From: Chlorobiota bacterium
GTDB lineage: Bacteria > Bacteroidota > Ignavibacteria > Kapaibacteriales > UBA961
Assembly: GCA_039810485.1 (NCBI GenBank)
Contig: JBDHXA010000003.1
Coordinates: 2,446-66,445 of the forward strand
Length of the DNA: 64,000 nt
Direction: 5' to 3'
Numbering within the stretch: position 1 is the first letter of the stretch; each line of letters begins with the position of its first letter. The notes below the pieces were generated by a model that did not search any database, had not been told where the DNA came from, and saw nothing but the letters and a program-made list of their open reading frames with translations. Below are positions 50,230-59,559 of the stretch, in pieces. The translations under genes and the position numbers were made by a program.

Positions 50230-51665
50230 ACGTTGCAATCGTATTAATATTCATTGGCTTCATTTTTTCCGCCTTTCAATTTACCTCTGTCGGTACATAC
50301 GCTGTTTCATTAATTGATATTGGCGTAATCTCATTTTTTCTTGTAGTTCTAAAGCGTTTGCTATGGGATGGCGAGGCAATTACGATACGTCGCTCATTTG
50401 CTATGTTCTTGCTGCTGGCATTCCTAGCTTTTGCCATACTTTCCGGCTTTTATCCGCTCTTTTCGTCCGATCCGCAAGTTTTGCAGCAATACTTCAAAAC
50501 TTTTATTCACTTTATTTATGTGTGGTTTATAGCTTTTTTTGCTATTTCCATGGACATTCCCCTTAAATCTTGGATTATCGGACTTAAAGCATGGTTAATT
50601 CTATCAATTCCTGTAAATATTTTTGCGGCTTACCAAATAGTGGCACGCGCCTTCGATTTGCCTTTTGCATGGCTAACTATCTTTAATTTTGTGCAAGATG
50701 GTCGTGGATTTGAAGCACCAACAGAAATGACTCAGCTTAGTTTGAGTTTCGAAGGTTTTTTTCGTGCTACTTCCGTTTTTTCCGAACCTTCGGCTTTAGC
50801 ACTTTTCAACGTATTGGTTCTCGCCGCAATACTTGCGCCCTATATTCGCAACACAGCGCCATTTATTTCATCAGCATTTTTACGAAGAATAATTGTAGTA
50901 TGTTCTACCGTAGGTCTTTTTCTAACATTTTCGCTTACAGGATTAAGCACTATCGTCGGCATTATTGTAGCGGCATTTATTTTTGAACGCAATTCTCGTT
51001 TAATTAAATTATTAAAAAATATAACAATTCTTGCCGCAATACTTTTTATAACCGATATTGCTGTGGAATATTATGCTGATATTAGCGTTACAAGTTTGTT
51101 TTTGCAGCGTGTTGGCGGTATTGTCAGCGTTTTTTCTGGCGGCAGTACAGAAATGACAACTGGAGAATCATTCTTTACTCGTGCAAATACAATGCAAAAA
51201 TGCGTTGAAATATGGACGCATTATCCTTTAACGGGTATTGGACTTGGCTGCTACTATTCTTATACAAAATCTGCTGAAATGGCTTTTGCAGATTCCACGT
51301 TGTTTCAAGCTTTGTCAGACACTGGATTGGGAGGATTTCTTACTATCGCCGCATTGAGCATTAGTTCCATACTTATCCCTCTCCAACCAAGATTTGTTCA
51401 GAAATTTTTAGGTCCTGCAGCTGCGAAGCACAATAATGACGGCGATCTAAGCTCATGCCGCGAGTTTTCGATATATGCCGGCATTATAATGATGATTAAT
51501 TTATTCATCGGAAATTCGTTGGTTGGAGTTTATCTTTGGCTGATTTGGGGAATGATTTTTTCAATTTCACAAAATTATTCTCCGCATGGCGGATTACGTT
51601 TTGCTATTCGCCATCCGCTTTCTGTGTTCTTTATATTTTCGAAAACACTTCAGATAACAAGCTAA
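50226..51665 (+). CDS. Polytopic membrane protein, O-antigen ligase/polymerase-like (WaaL/Wzy-type)
   Basis: More than 10 TM helices with a large loop near the C-terminal third. The start is proposed at an in-frame TTG that overlaps the upstream stop (TTGA). The track ORF from 50121 overlaps the upstream gene by 109 nt. Confidence 0.4.
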   Translation: MNVAIVLIFIGFIFSAFQFTSVGTYAVSLIDIGVISFFLVVLKRLLWDGEAITIRRSFAMFLLLAFLAFAILSGFYPLFSSDPQVLQQYFKTFIHFIYVWFIAFFAISMDIPLKSWIIGLKAWLILSIPVNIFAAYQIVARAFDLPFAWLTIFNFVQDGRGFEAPTEMTQLSLSFEGFFRATSVFSEPSALALFNVLVLAAILAPYIRNTAPFISSAFLRRIIVVCSTVGLFLTFSLTGLSTIVGIIVAAFIFERNSRLIKLLKNITILAAILFITDIAVEYYADISVTSLFLQRVGGIVSVFSGGSTEMTTGESFFTRANTMQKCVEIWTHYPLTGIGLGCYYSYTKSAEMAFADSTLFQALSDTGLGGFLTIAALSISSILIPLQPRFVQKFLGPAAAKHNNDGDLSSCREFSIYAGIIMMINLFIGNSLVGVYLWLIWGMIFSISQNYSPHGGLRFAIRHPLSVFFIFSKTLQITS

Positions 51666-51695
51666 TAATTGCAAACAATATAAATTCTTGTTCCA

Positions 51696-52598
51696 ATGGC
51701 ACAAATAATTGACGGAAAAATTATATCGGAAAAAATAAAACGCGAGCTGCATCAAAGCACCTCCGATTTTATTTCAGAATCTGGGGTGCAGCCGCATCTT
51801 GCATTGATAATTGTAGGCGACGATCCCGCTTCGCATGTATATGTTCGCTCAAAAGCCAAAACGTGCGATGAGCTTGGCTTCAGATCAACCATTGTAAATT
51901 TTCAAGAAAATGCCTCAGAACAAGAAGTTCTTAATCTTATTCGCCAATGGAATATGAATGATGCAATTCATGGAATTTTAGTGCAATTGCCCTTGCCGCG
52001 ACATATTTCAGAGCATACCGTTATCGAAGCAATTTCTCCAGCCAAAGATGTGGACGGGCTTCACCCCGAGAATATGGGGCGGCTTGTATTAGGTTTGCAT
52101 GGTTTTGTACCATGCACTCCTGCCGGCATCATGGAATTGCTGTCAAGATCGGACATATCTACCAAAGGAAAACACGCAGTAGTTGTCGGTCGAAGCAATA
52201 TTGTAGGCAAGCCGATTGCCAATCTTTTATATCAAAAGATGCCCGAAGCCAATGCGGTTGTTACAATTTGCCATACTGGCGCCGGCTCATCGCTTCGAAG
52301 TTATACAAAACAGGCAGATATTTTAATTGCCGCTGTTGGCGTTCCACAGATTATTAAATCAGGCGATATTAAAGAAAATGCTGTCATTATTGACGTTGGT
52401 ATCAATCGAATACCCGACAATTCTAAAAAAAGTGGATATAGAATAGTTGGCGATGTAGATTTTGACGATGTATTGTCGAAAGTGTCGGCCATCACTCCCG
52501 TGCCCGGAGGCGTCGGTCCCATGACTATTGTTATGCTTATGAAAAACACTCTTTTAGCCGCTAGTCGCCTGACATTTAGCGCAACAAAGAAAGAATAA
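51696..52598 (+). CDS. folD: Bifunctional methylenetetrahydrofolate dehydrogenase / methenyl-THF cyclohydrolase
   Basis: LALIIVGDDPASHVYVRSK and GVGPMTIVMLM. Confidence 0.85.
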   Translation: MAQIIDGKIISEKIKRELHQSTSDFISESGVQPHLALIIVGDDPASHVYVRSKAKTCDELGFRSTIVNFQENASEQEVLNLIRQWNMNDAIHGILVQLPLPRHISEHTVIEAISPAKDVDGLHPENMGRLVLGLHGFVPCTPAGIMELLSRSDISTKGKHAVVVGRSNIVGKPIANLLYQKMPEANAVVTICHTGAGSSLRSYTKQADILIAAVGVPQIIKSGDIKENAVIIDVGINRIPDNSKKSGYRIVGDVDFDDVLSKVSAITPVPGGVGPMTIVMLMKNTLLAASRLTFSATKKE

Positions 52599-52653
52599 TT
52601 TTCGTATTGCTTTATGTATTTTTGCATGATACAAGCGAATTTAAGGCGTAAAC

Positions 52654-53262
52654 ATGGCTCAATTTTATCCGAATAAAAAATTCTCTGCCGACGAAGCGCA
52701 AGCAATTATTAAACGCGCTTTAGAGCGCGCATCTTCTTCCGGTACAATTGCTTTTAATGAATTGGCAGAAACTGCTAAAGAATTGGGAATAGAAGCGGAT
52801 GATTTAGCTGCCGCTATTGAAGAGAATGAGGCAGTAAGCGAGGTTGAAGAGGCTCGCAACCGATGGCAGCGCTGGCGTAAACAGAAATTTTACAGGCACT
52901 TGCGTGCATATTGCATTGTCAATGGAGCTTTAGCAATTATTAGCATTATCAATCAATCGGGAGCATTTCTTTTTCCGCTTGTTGGCTGGGGTATTGGTCT
53001 TGCTTTTGATTATTCCGGTACTTTTTTCCCCAAAGACCGAGATATAGAACGCGGCACTATGTCGGCCCTCAAGCGAATTCGCTCAGAAAAAGAACGCAAT
53101 AGCGTTACCATGCCCGATTATAATTATCGCCCCGCTCGCCCTGAGCCATTCGATGGAACTAATGCAAAACGAACAGATGAGAAAACATTCACAGTAAATT
53201 TTGACAAAGGTAAAATTATCATTACAAAAGGTGATAAACGAATAGAAATAGGAGAAAAATAA
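52654..53262 (+). CDS. 2TM domain-containing protein
   Basis: FYRHLRAYCIVNGALAIISIIN...LVGWGIGLAFDY matches the 2TM domain pattern. Confidence 0.5.
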   Translation: MAQFYPNKKFSADEAQAIIKRALERASSSGTIAFNELAETAKELGIEADDLAAAIEENEAVSEVEEARNRWQRWRKQKFYRHLRAYCIVNGALAIISIINQSGAFLFPLVGWGIGLAFDYSGTFFPKDRDIERGTMSALKRIRSEKERNSVTMPDYNYRPARPEPFDGTNAKRTDEKTFTVNFDKGKIIITKGDKRIEIGEK

Positions 53263-53361
53263 CATGCCATTGTTACTGCACTGCTACTCTGCAATGCCAA
53301 TTCCTTGTTTTCGTCAAATATCCTTCCAAAACAAACTATTGTAGAATCACACATTATCCCT

Positions 53362-54573
53362 ATGTTCGCCAAACAATTATTCTTATCTGCCGCTCTCGCA
53401 AATTTCTTGCTTTACCCTGCTGTTGGATGCAGCCGCGCATCCGATGGATATTTATCTGAAAAAAAAAATCAGTCAAATCATTTGTTTGCCGAAGCCCCGC
53501 CTCGACACAGTCCGTCGGCAGAAATGTCTGTCCAAAATATTGGAGAATCACGCAAAAATGCCATTACGGAAGCTGTTCGAATATGTAGCCCCGCAATTGT
53601 TGGCATTAATGTTACAGAAGTCCAATCATACAGCCCGCTTGGCGGTTTTTTTGACGACGATCCTTTTTTCCGCAATTTTTCTCGGCAATTCTCGCAGCAG
53701 CGCTTAGTACAAGGTCTTGGCTCCGGTTATCTTATTTCTCCCGATGGATATATTTTAACCAATGATCATGTGGCTGGACAAGCAAAAAAAGTTGTGGTTA
53801 CAATGACAAACGGCGAAAAGTACGACGCTGAAATTATCGGAAGCGATCCTACTTCTGATGTTGCTCTTTTGAAGATAAAAGGCAATAATCTTCCGTATCT
53901 AAAATTAGCCAATTCCGATGATGTCATAGTTGGCGAATGGGCAATCGCTTTTGGCAACCCATTCGGACTTTTCGATATAAATGCAAAACCTACCGTAACT
54001 GTGGGAGTGGTCAGCAATATCGGCGTAAGCTTTACCCAAAGCAATCGAGTATATAGAAATATGATTCAAACAGATGCAGCCATAAGCTCTGGAAATTCTG
54101 GCGGTCCGCTTGTCAACTCCTACGGTGAAGTGATTGGAATGAACACCGTTATTTATTCTACTGCACAAAGTGGCTCAGGCGCCGGAAGCATCGGTATTGG
54201 TTTTGCAGTTCCTATCAACAGAGTAAAATCAATTGTAGAACGTTTGAAAAAGGACAATAAAATTGATCGTGCATTTGACCCTGGCTTTTATGTGCAAGAT
54301 GTTGATGAACGCATTGCACGCTCTTATGGGCTTGATAAAACTGAAGGCGTTGTCATTACTCAAGTTCGGCGCAATTCATCAGCAGATAGAGCCGGTCTTG
54401 AGCCGGGAGATCTAATTTTAAGCATCGACGGCTCGCCGGTGCATAAAAGCGACGATTTGCAAATGATCATTTTTGACGGAGTTGTCGGGCAAACATTCGC
54501 GATAACTCTTATGCGAGGCGATGAGAAAATTGTAAAAAAAATGATGCTTGAAAAAGCGCAGACCGGACGCTAA
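53362..54573 (+). CDS. HtrA/DegP family serine protease with a PDZ domain
   Basis: The catalytic His region (ILTNDHV), the Ser region (SSGNSGGPLVN), and a C-terminal PDZ domain (GVVITQV...GLEPGDLILSIDG). The start is taken at MFAKQLFL, which gives a lipoprotein-like signal. Confidence 0.8.
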   Translation: MFAKQLFLSAALANFLLYPAVGCSRASDGYLSEKKNQSNHLFAEAPPRHSPSAEMSVQNIGESRKNAITEAVRICSPAIVGINVTEVQSYSPLGGFFDDDPFFRNFSRQFSQQRLVQGLGSGYLISPDGYILTNDHVAGQAKKVVVTMTNGEKYDAEIIGSDPTSDVALLKIKGNNLPYLKLANSDDVIVGEWAIAFGNPFGLFDINAKPTVTVGVVSNIGVSFTQSNRVYRNMIQTDAAISSGNSGGPLVNSYGEVIGMNTVIYSTAQSGSGAGSIGIGFAVPINRVKSIVERLKKDNKIDRAFDPGFYVQDVDERIARSYGLDKTEGVVITQVRRNSSADRAGLEPGDLILSIDGSPVHKSDDLQMIIFDGVVGQTFAITLMRGDEKIVKKMMLEKAQTGR

Positions 54574-54632
54574 TATCGAGCTTGAATATACGAAATACTA
54601 ACTTCTGCTCATAATACTAAAGAATTATCCAA

Positions 54633-56579
54633 GTGTATATCCAAGACGATCAAATTCATCTTTTGCCTGAATTTTTGGCAAATCAAATAGCTGCTGGCGA
54701 AGTTGTGCAGCGGCCTGAATCAGTCGTCAAAGAACTTGTTGAAAATGCTTGCGATTCTGGCGCGTCCGAAATTACGGTGGTTGTTCGCGGTGCAGGCAAA
54801 TCTCTTATTCATGTTGTAGATAATGGCTGCGGCATGAGCCGTGCCGATCTTGCAATGTCGGTAAAGCGTCATGCCACAAGCAAAATCCGCACTTCCGAAG
54901 ATCTTGAGCGAATACTCACGCTTGGTTTTCGCGGCGAAGCGCTCGCCTCCATTGCTGCCGTTGCAGTTTTGGAAATTCGCACTCGCAGAAAAGAAGATGA
55001 AAATGGCTGGAAATTGACTACCGAGCCACTAAAGCAGGAACTACTCGAACCGTTTTACACCGAAATCGGCTCGCAAGCAATAGTCCGCAATATTTTTTAT
55101 AATGTGCCTGCGAGGAAAAAATTTCTTAAAAGCGACCTGACTGAGTTTCGTTATATTTCGGAAACGATGCTAAAGTTAGCTCTCAGCCGCCCTGATATTC
55201 GCTTTGTTTTTTACGATGGCGACACGCTTATTTTCGATGCTCCTTCCGGCGATCTACGACAAAGAATCGCATCTCTTTTTGGCGAAGAATCATCTCGAAG
55301 CATATTGCCAGTCGACTATCAAAACGACACGCTCTCTATTGCCGGATTTGTTGGTCAACCGCACTTAGCAAAGCAATCTCGCGCCGGGCAATTTCTTTTT
55401 CTCAATAATCGCCCTATAATCAGCCGTTCGCTTTCTCATGCCGTGTTTCTCCCATTTGAACACTTAATTGACAAAAATTCTCATCCGTTTTATGTTGTTA
55501 ATTTGACTGTTGATCCTCAAAAAGTTGATGTAAACGTGCATCCGCAAAAACACGAAGTAAAATTTGACAATGAACGAAGCATCTACAATGCAATTCATAC
55601 CGCCGTTTCTAACGCATTGTCGCAGTCGAATCTTATACCCGAACTAAAATTTAGAAACCAAATGGTTGAACAACCATTCGAAAAAGTCCATATTGGCGCC
55701 GCGCGAAACGATTATGCTCTCATCAATCGCATTACAGGAGAAATAATAGAACAAAATCGTCGTGAAACGCAAGAAACAACAAATTTTATAAACAAACAAA
55801 GCGCAGGCACAAGCGGTAGGCAAGAGTCGTTTTATTCAGAAAAAGACTCATCTCAATCCAAAAATTTGCCAGAAGGATATCACCTACCCGATTACGGCAC
55901 AAAGCCCATGCAGCCGCATGAGCATACGGCGTTTGATGCATTGTTTGGACATCAGCAGCCAACAGCTCGCAAGCAGGACCAAGATGCCAATGATGAGTTT
56001 TCCATATCAAATATGCCAATGTGGCAGCTGCATAGAAAATACATTTTTGTGCAAAGTCAAAAAGGCGTTATAATCATAGACCAACATAATGCGCATGAGC
56101 GCATTCTCTATGAGCGAGCTTTGCGATATATGAACGAGGGATTTCGAGCAACTCAAGAACTGCTTTTTCCGGTTAAAGCGCCTTTTTCTCCCGATGAAAA
56201 AGCTCTTGTTGCCGAATTGGAAAACGACTTGCGAATTCTCGGTTATGATTTTGAGCTTTCCACACAAAATAATATCATCATTCGGGGCGTTCCCTCGGAT
56301 GTGCGCGGCGGTTCTGAAGAACAATCGCTACGCGAAGTAATTGAACAATATGCCGAATATAGCCGCATAAGACAATCGGACAGACGCGATAATCTTGCCG
56401 CTTCCTTTGCTTGCAAATCAGCAGTAAAAACGGGTGAATTTTTAGAACTTCAAGAGATGAAAAAGTTAGTTTCCGATCTGTTTGCTTGCTCATCTCCGTA
56501 TGTATGTCCGCATGGTCGCCCTGTAATTCTCGACTTTTCCTTATCTGAATTTGATAGGCGATTTGGCCGTACTTCGTAA
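54633..56579 (+). CDS. mutL: DNA mismatch repair protein MutL
   Basis: The GHKL ATPase N-terminal motifs (IAAGEVVQRPESVVKELVENACDSGAS, DNGCGM, GFRGEAL) and a C-terminal dimerisation domain. Confidence 0.85.
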   Translation: MYIQDDQIHLLPEFLANQIAAGEVVQRPESVVKELVENACDSGASEITVVVRGAGKSLIHVVDNGCGMSRADLAMSVKRHATSKIRTSEDLERILTLGFRGEALASIAAVAVLEIRTRRKEDENGWKLTTEPLKQELLEPFYTEIGSQAIVRNIFYNVPARKKFLKSDLTEFRYISETMLKLALSRPDIRFVFYDGDTLIFDAPSGDLRQRIASLFGEESSRSILPVDYQNDTLSIAGFVGQPHLAKQSRAGQFLFLNNRPIISRSLSHAVFLPFEHLIDKNSHPFYVVNLTVDPQKVDVNVHPQKHEVKFDNERSIYNAIHTAVSNALSQSNLIPELKFRNQMVEQPFEKVHIGAARNDYALINRITGEIIEQNRRETQETTNFINKQSAGTSGRQESFYSEKDSSQSKNLPEGYHLPDYGTKPMQPHEHTAFDALFGHQQPTARKQDQDANDEFSISNMPMWQLHRKYIFVQSQKGVIIIDQHNAHERILYERALRYMNEGFRATQELLFPVKAPFSPDEKALVAELENDLRILGYDFELSTQNNIIIRGVPSDVRGGSEEQSLREVIEQYAEYSRIRQSDRRDNLAASFACKSAVKTGEFLELQEMKKLVSDLFACSSPYVCPHGRPVILDFSLSEFDRRFGRTS

Positions 56580-56646
56580 CACGATATTCATACAATTTTG
56601 CAATAAAAATCTCTGTGAGCATTAATTTGGTTATTCGTTTTGCGTA

Positions 56647-57837
56647 ATGAGCAAACATGCTTCAAAATCACCGCTCTCCAGTACCGTTTGGATGCTTTCA
56701 ATAGTTAGCATGCTCGCCGACATAGCAAGTGAAATGTTGTATCCAATACTACCTATTTATTTGGCAAGCATCGGCTTCTCGGCGGCATGGCTTGGAATTC
56801 TAGAAGGTTCGGCTGAAGCCGTGGCAGGAATTTCAAAAAGTTGGTTCGGCGCTTTGTCAGACCGAATTGGTCGTCGCCTGCCTTTTGTTAGCGCCGGATA
56901 TTTTCTCAGCGGCATAGCCAAGCCAGCCATCGGTTATTTTACTCATCCAGTCGGAGTGTTTGCATGCAGAACGCTCGACCGGCTAGGCAAGGGAATACGC
57001 AGCGCACCACGCGATGCAATTCTTGCCGATGAATCTACACCGGAAACACGCGCATCTGTCTTTGGGTTTCATCGCGGGATGGATACTTTAGGAGCTTCTA
57101 TTGGATCTTGCATTGCTCTAATTATCTTGTGGCATTTTCCTGAAAATTATCGATTTATATTTCTGACGGCAATCGTTCCGGGCATAATTGCCGGAGTTCT
57201 TACATTGGCAATAAACGAGAAACATCGCCCTAAATCAATAAAAATAATTCAGACATGGCGTGAAAAATTGTTGTACTGGAAAAATTCCTCCTTCGCTTAT
57301 CGCCGATTTACACTGTTGATGCTTCTTTTCGCTTTAGTTAACAGTTCCGACATGTTCTTATTAATGAAGATGAAAATTGCAGGATTAGAAAATACTATGA
57401 TAATCGGTATGTATATCCTCTATAATATTGTTTCTGCTGTGTTGTCATATCCGCTTGGCATTATTGGAGATAAATTTGGGAAACGCCAAGTGTTATCGTC
57501 TGGCTTGCTTTTGTTTTGTATCGTTTATTTCGGTTTTGGAATAGCCGATTCTAACGTAGCATTAATTATTCTGATTATTTTATACGGAATTTTTAATGCT
57601 GCAACACAAGGAATTTCACAAGCAATTATTTCTGATGTAAGCCCTAACGAAGAAAGAGCTGCAGCGTTGGGGACATATTCAGGTCTTCAAAGCATAGGCT
57701 CATTGATTGCAGGGATTTTGGCAGGTCTGTTTTGGACTTTATTCGGACATTCGGCAATGTTTATAATTTCGGGAATATCTGCCGCATTTATAGCGCCGTT
57801 TATTTTAATGCAGCCATCGTTGCAAAAAGCACAATAA
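56647..57837 (+). CDS. MFS transporter
   Basis: A 12-TM topology and the MFS loop motif DRIGRR. Confidence 0.7.
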   Translation: MSKHASKSPLSSTVWMLSIVSMLADIASEMLYPILPIYLASIGFSAAWLGILEGSAEAVAGISKSWFGALSDRIGRRLPFVSAGYFLSGIAKPAIGYFTHPVGVFACRTLDRLGKGIRSAPRDAILADESTPETRASVFGFHRGMDTLGASIGSCIALIILWHFPENYRFIFLTAIVPGIIAGVLTLAINEKHRPKSIKIIQTWREKLLYWKNSSFAYRRFTLLMLLFALVNSSDMFLLMKMKIAGLENTMIIGMYILYNIVSAVLSYPLGIIGDKFGKRQVLSSGLLLFCIVYFGFGIADSNVALIILIILYGIFNAATQGISQAIISDVSPNEERAAALGTYSGLQSIGSLIAGILAGLFWTLFGHSAMFIISGISAAFIAPFILMQPSLQKAQ

Positions 57838-57868
57838 AAAAAAACCGGCATATCTATTTATGCCGGTA
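57838..57868 (-). terminator. Rho-independent terminator downstream of the YceI gene. It also abuts the MFS gene's 3' end.
   Basis: ccggcata-tctatt-tatgccgg is an 8-bp stem. It is preceded by A9 on the plus strand, which is T9 on the minus strand. Confidence 0.65.
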
Positions 57869-57894
57869 ACAATATGCAATAATAGCATAACAAA

Positions 57895-58482
57895 TTATAT
57901 TTTTTGCAATTCTATATCGCAATTAATTTTTATCTTTTCGCCAACGATTAAGCCGCCAGCTTCTATTGCATTATTCCATTTCAATCCGTAATCAAAGCGA
58001 TTTAGTGAGCCGTTTAGCGAAAAACCGGCTTTAGTATTTCCCCAAGGATCTTTTACAACACCGCCAAATTCAGCGTCAAGCGTTACTTTTTTCGTAATTC
58101 CACGAATTGTCAAATCTCCTATTACTGCGTACTTGTCATCGCCAAGATTTTTCATTGATGTGCTGACAAAAACAATTTCTGGATACTTATCGGCGGCAAA
58201 AAAATCGTCGCTGCGCAAATGATTGTCACGCATATCATTTTCAGTATTGATACTTGAAGCTTTGATACGAACTTCAATCTTTGCATCTGAAAAGTCCTGT
58301 TTATCAGATTTTACTTTGATGGTAAAATCTTTGAACTTTCCAGCGACATTTGTTACCACCATGTGTTTAGCTGAAAAGCCAATTGTTGTATGAGCAGCAT
58401 CTTGCTGCCATTCGCCAGCAAGAGCAGTTGCGCCAGAGGCTACAATTGTAGCAGCCACGGCTGCCGAAGCAATTTTAGACAT
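57895..58482 (-). CDS. YceI family periplasmic protein (polyisoprenoid-binding-like)
   Basis: A signal peptide and YceI core motifs (TIGFSAKHMVVTNVAGKF...). The start is taken at MSKIAS. Confidence 0.7.
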   Translation of the reverse strand: MSKIASAAVAATIVASGATALAGEWQQDAAHTTIGFSAKHMVVTNVAGKFKDFTIKVKSDKQDFSDAKIEVRIKASSINTENDMRDNHLRSDDFFAADKYPEIVFVSTSMKNLGDDKYAVIGDLTIRGITKKVTLDAEFGGVVKDPWGNTKAGFSLNGSLNRFDYGLKWNNAIEAGGLIVGEKIKINCDIELQKI

Positions 58483-58550
58483 AATAACTCCTTGAATTAA
58501 ATTATTAAACATACAAATAATAAAGATTATTGAACAAAAAGTTAAGGTAA

Positions 58551-58655
58551 CTTATTTTTAACTTTTAACTTTTAACTTTTAACTTTTAACTTTTAACTTT
58601 TAACTTTTAACTTTTTAACTTTTAACTTTTAACTTTTAACTTTTAACTTTTAACT
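58551..58655. repeat. Heptanucleotide tandem repeat (TTTTAAC)n, about 14 copies with one 8-nt variant
   Basis: Read directly from the sequence. It lies between the MarR stop (58961) and the YceI start (58482 or 58512) on the same strand. Confidence 0.9.
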
Positions 58656-58960
58656 TTTTTAATATTTTGATTATTATTCTAATGCTTATCTTCTGCTTTG
58701 AATAGATCAAAATATTGATTTTAACTGCTTATGTGTTTTAACACGCATATAAGTAATATTTATTTTATGCGCCCACTCCTAAAAGTTGGGTAAATTTCAA
58801 ATTAAAGTAAACATGGTGAAAAAGTACAATTTTTACTCATTTTATAAGAAGTAAACGGCAAAAAAGCGTCTTTTTTAGCTCTTAGAAGAGATGTTTTTTG
58901 AAAAATAGCGATTCTTTCGTCTGCAATTTTTATAAAACACCTTTTCAGAGTAGGCTCATT

Positions 58961-59425
58961 TTATGAAGATTGATATATTCTTTCACAAATCTCAGATAAT
59001 TGATTACATTCTTGCGTATTCAGTTTAGATGTCAAAGAAGCTTCAATTATTTCTAATTTTGGCGTTAGCCTATCTAAGAGATTAAGACCTTGCATGGTAA
59101 TTTTGGTAACTGACCATCTTTTATCGTTGTCGCAGATTACGCGCTCTGCAAGTCCGGCGCTTACCAATTTATCAATGTGTCGAGTAATGTCACTTCCCTG
59201 CTCAATGAGTCGCTGACGTATTTCAAAGCGAGGATGTCCTTCTGGATAAACGCCTTTAAGGATTCGTAAGATATTATACTGTGTAAAGTTAATTAATTCT
59301 TCAGCGCATAGATTCCCGCCTGTTTGCCTAAAGTAATCAGCAGCTACCAACACACTCAGCAAAGCTTCTGTTTGCGGAGACATTGGCTTTGTCTGTTTTA
59401 ATCGAGAAAGTAATTTAGTTGCCAT
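58961..59425 (-). CDS. MarR family transcriptional regulator
   Basis: The winged-helix region ILRILKG...ITRHIDKLVSAGLAERV...DKRWSVTKITMQG. The start is taken at MATKLL. Confidence 0.7.
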   Translation of the reverse strand: MATKLLSRLKQTKPMSPQTEALLSVLVAADYFRQTGGNLCAEELINFTQYNILRILKGVYPEGHPRFEIRQRLIEQGSDITRHIDKLVSAGLAERVICDNDKRWSVTKITMQGLNLLDRLTPKLEIIEASLTSKLNTQECNQLSEICERIYQSS

Positions 59426-59559
59426 AACGAGTGCAAATATACAGAAATGTGTTGCAACACGCAAATAATTTTACAATTTCAACAATTCTTCACAGAATTA
59501 CTAATGAAAATTTTGATTCGTATGTATGAATCTGCCATCATTGAAGCAGGAATAGTACT

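Noticed and set aside
58551-58655. Heptamer array considered as a CRISPR array or a coding low-complexity region
   Set aside because: The 7-bp unit has no spacers. It contains stop codons (TAA) in every frame on the plus strand and lies in an intergenic promoter region.
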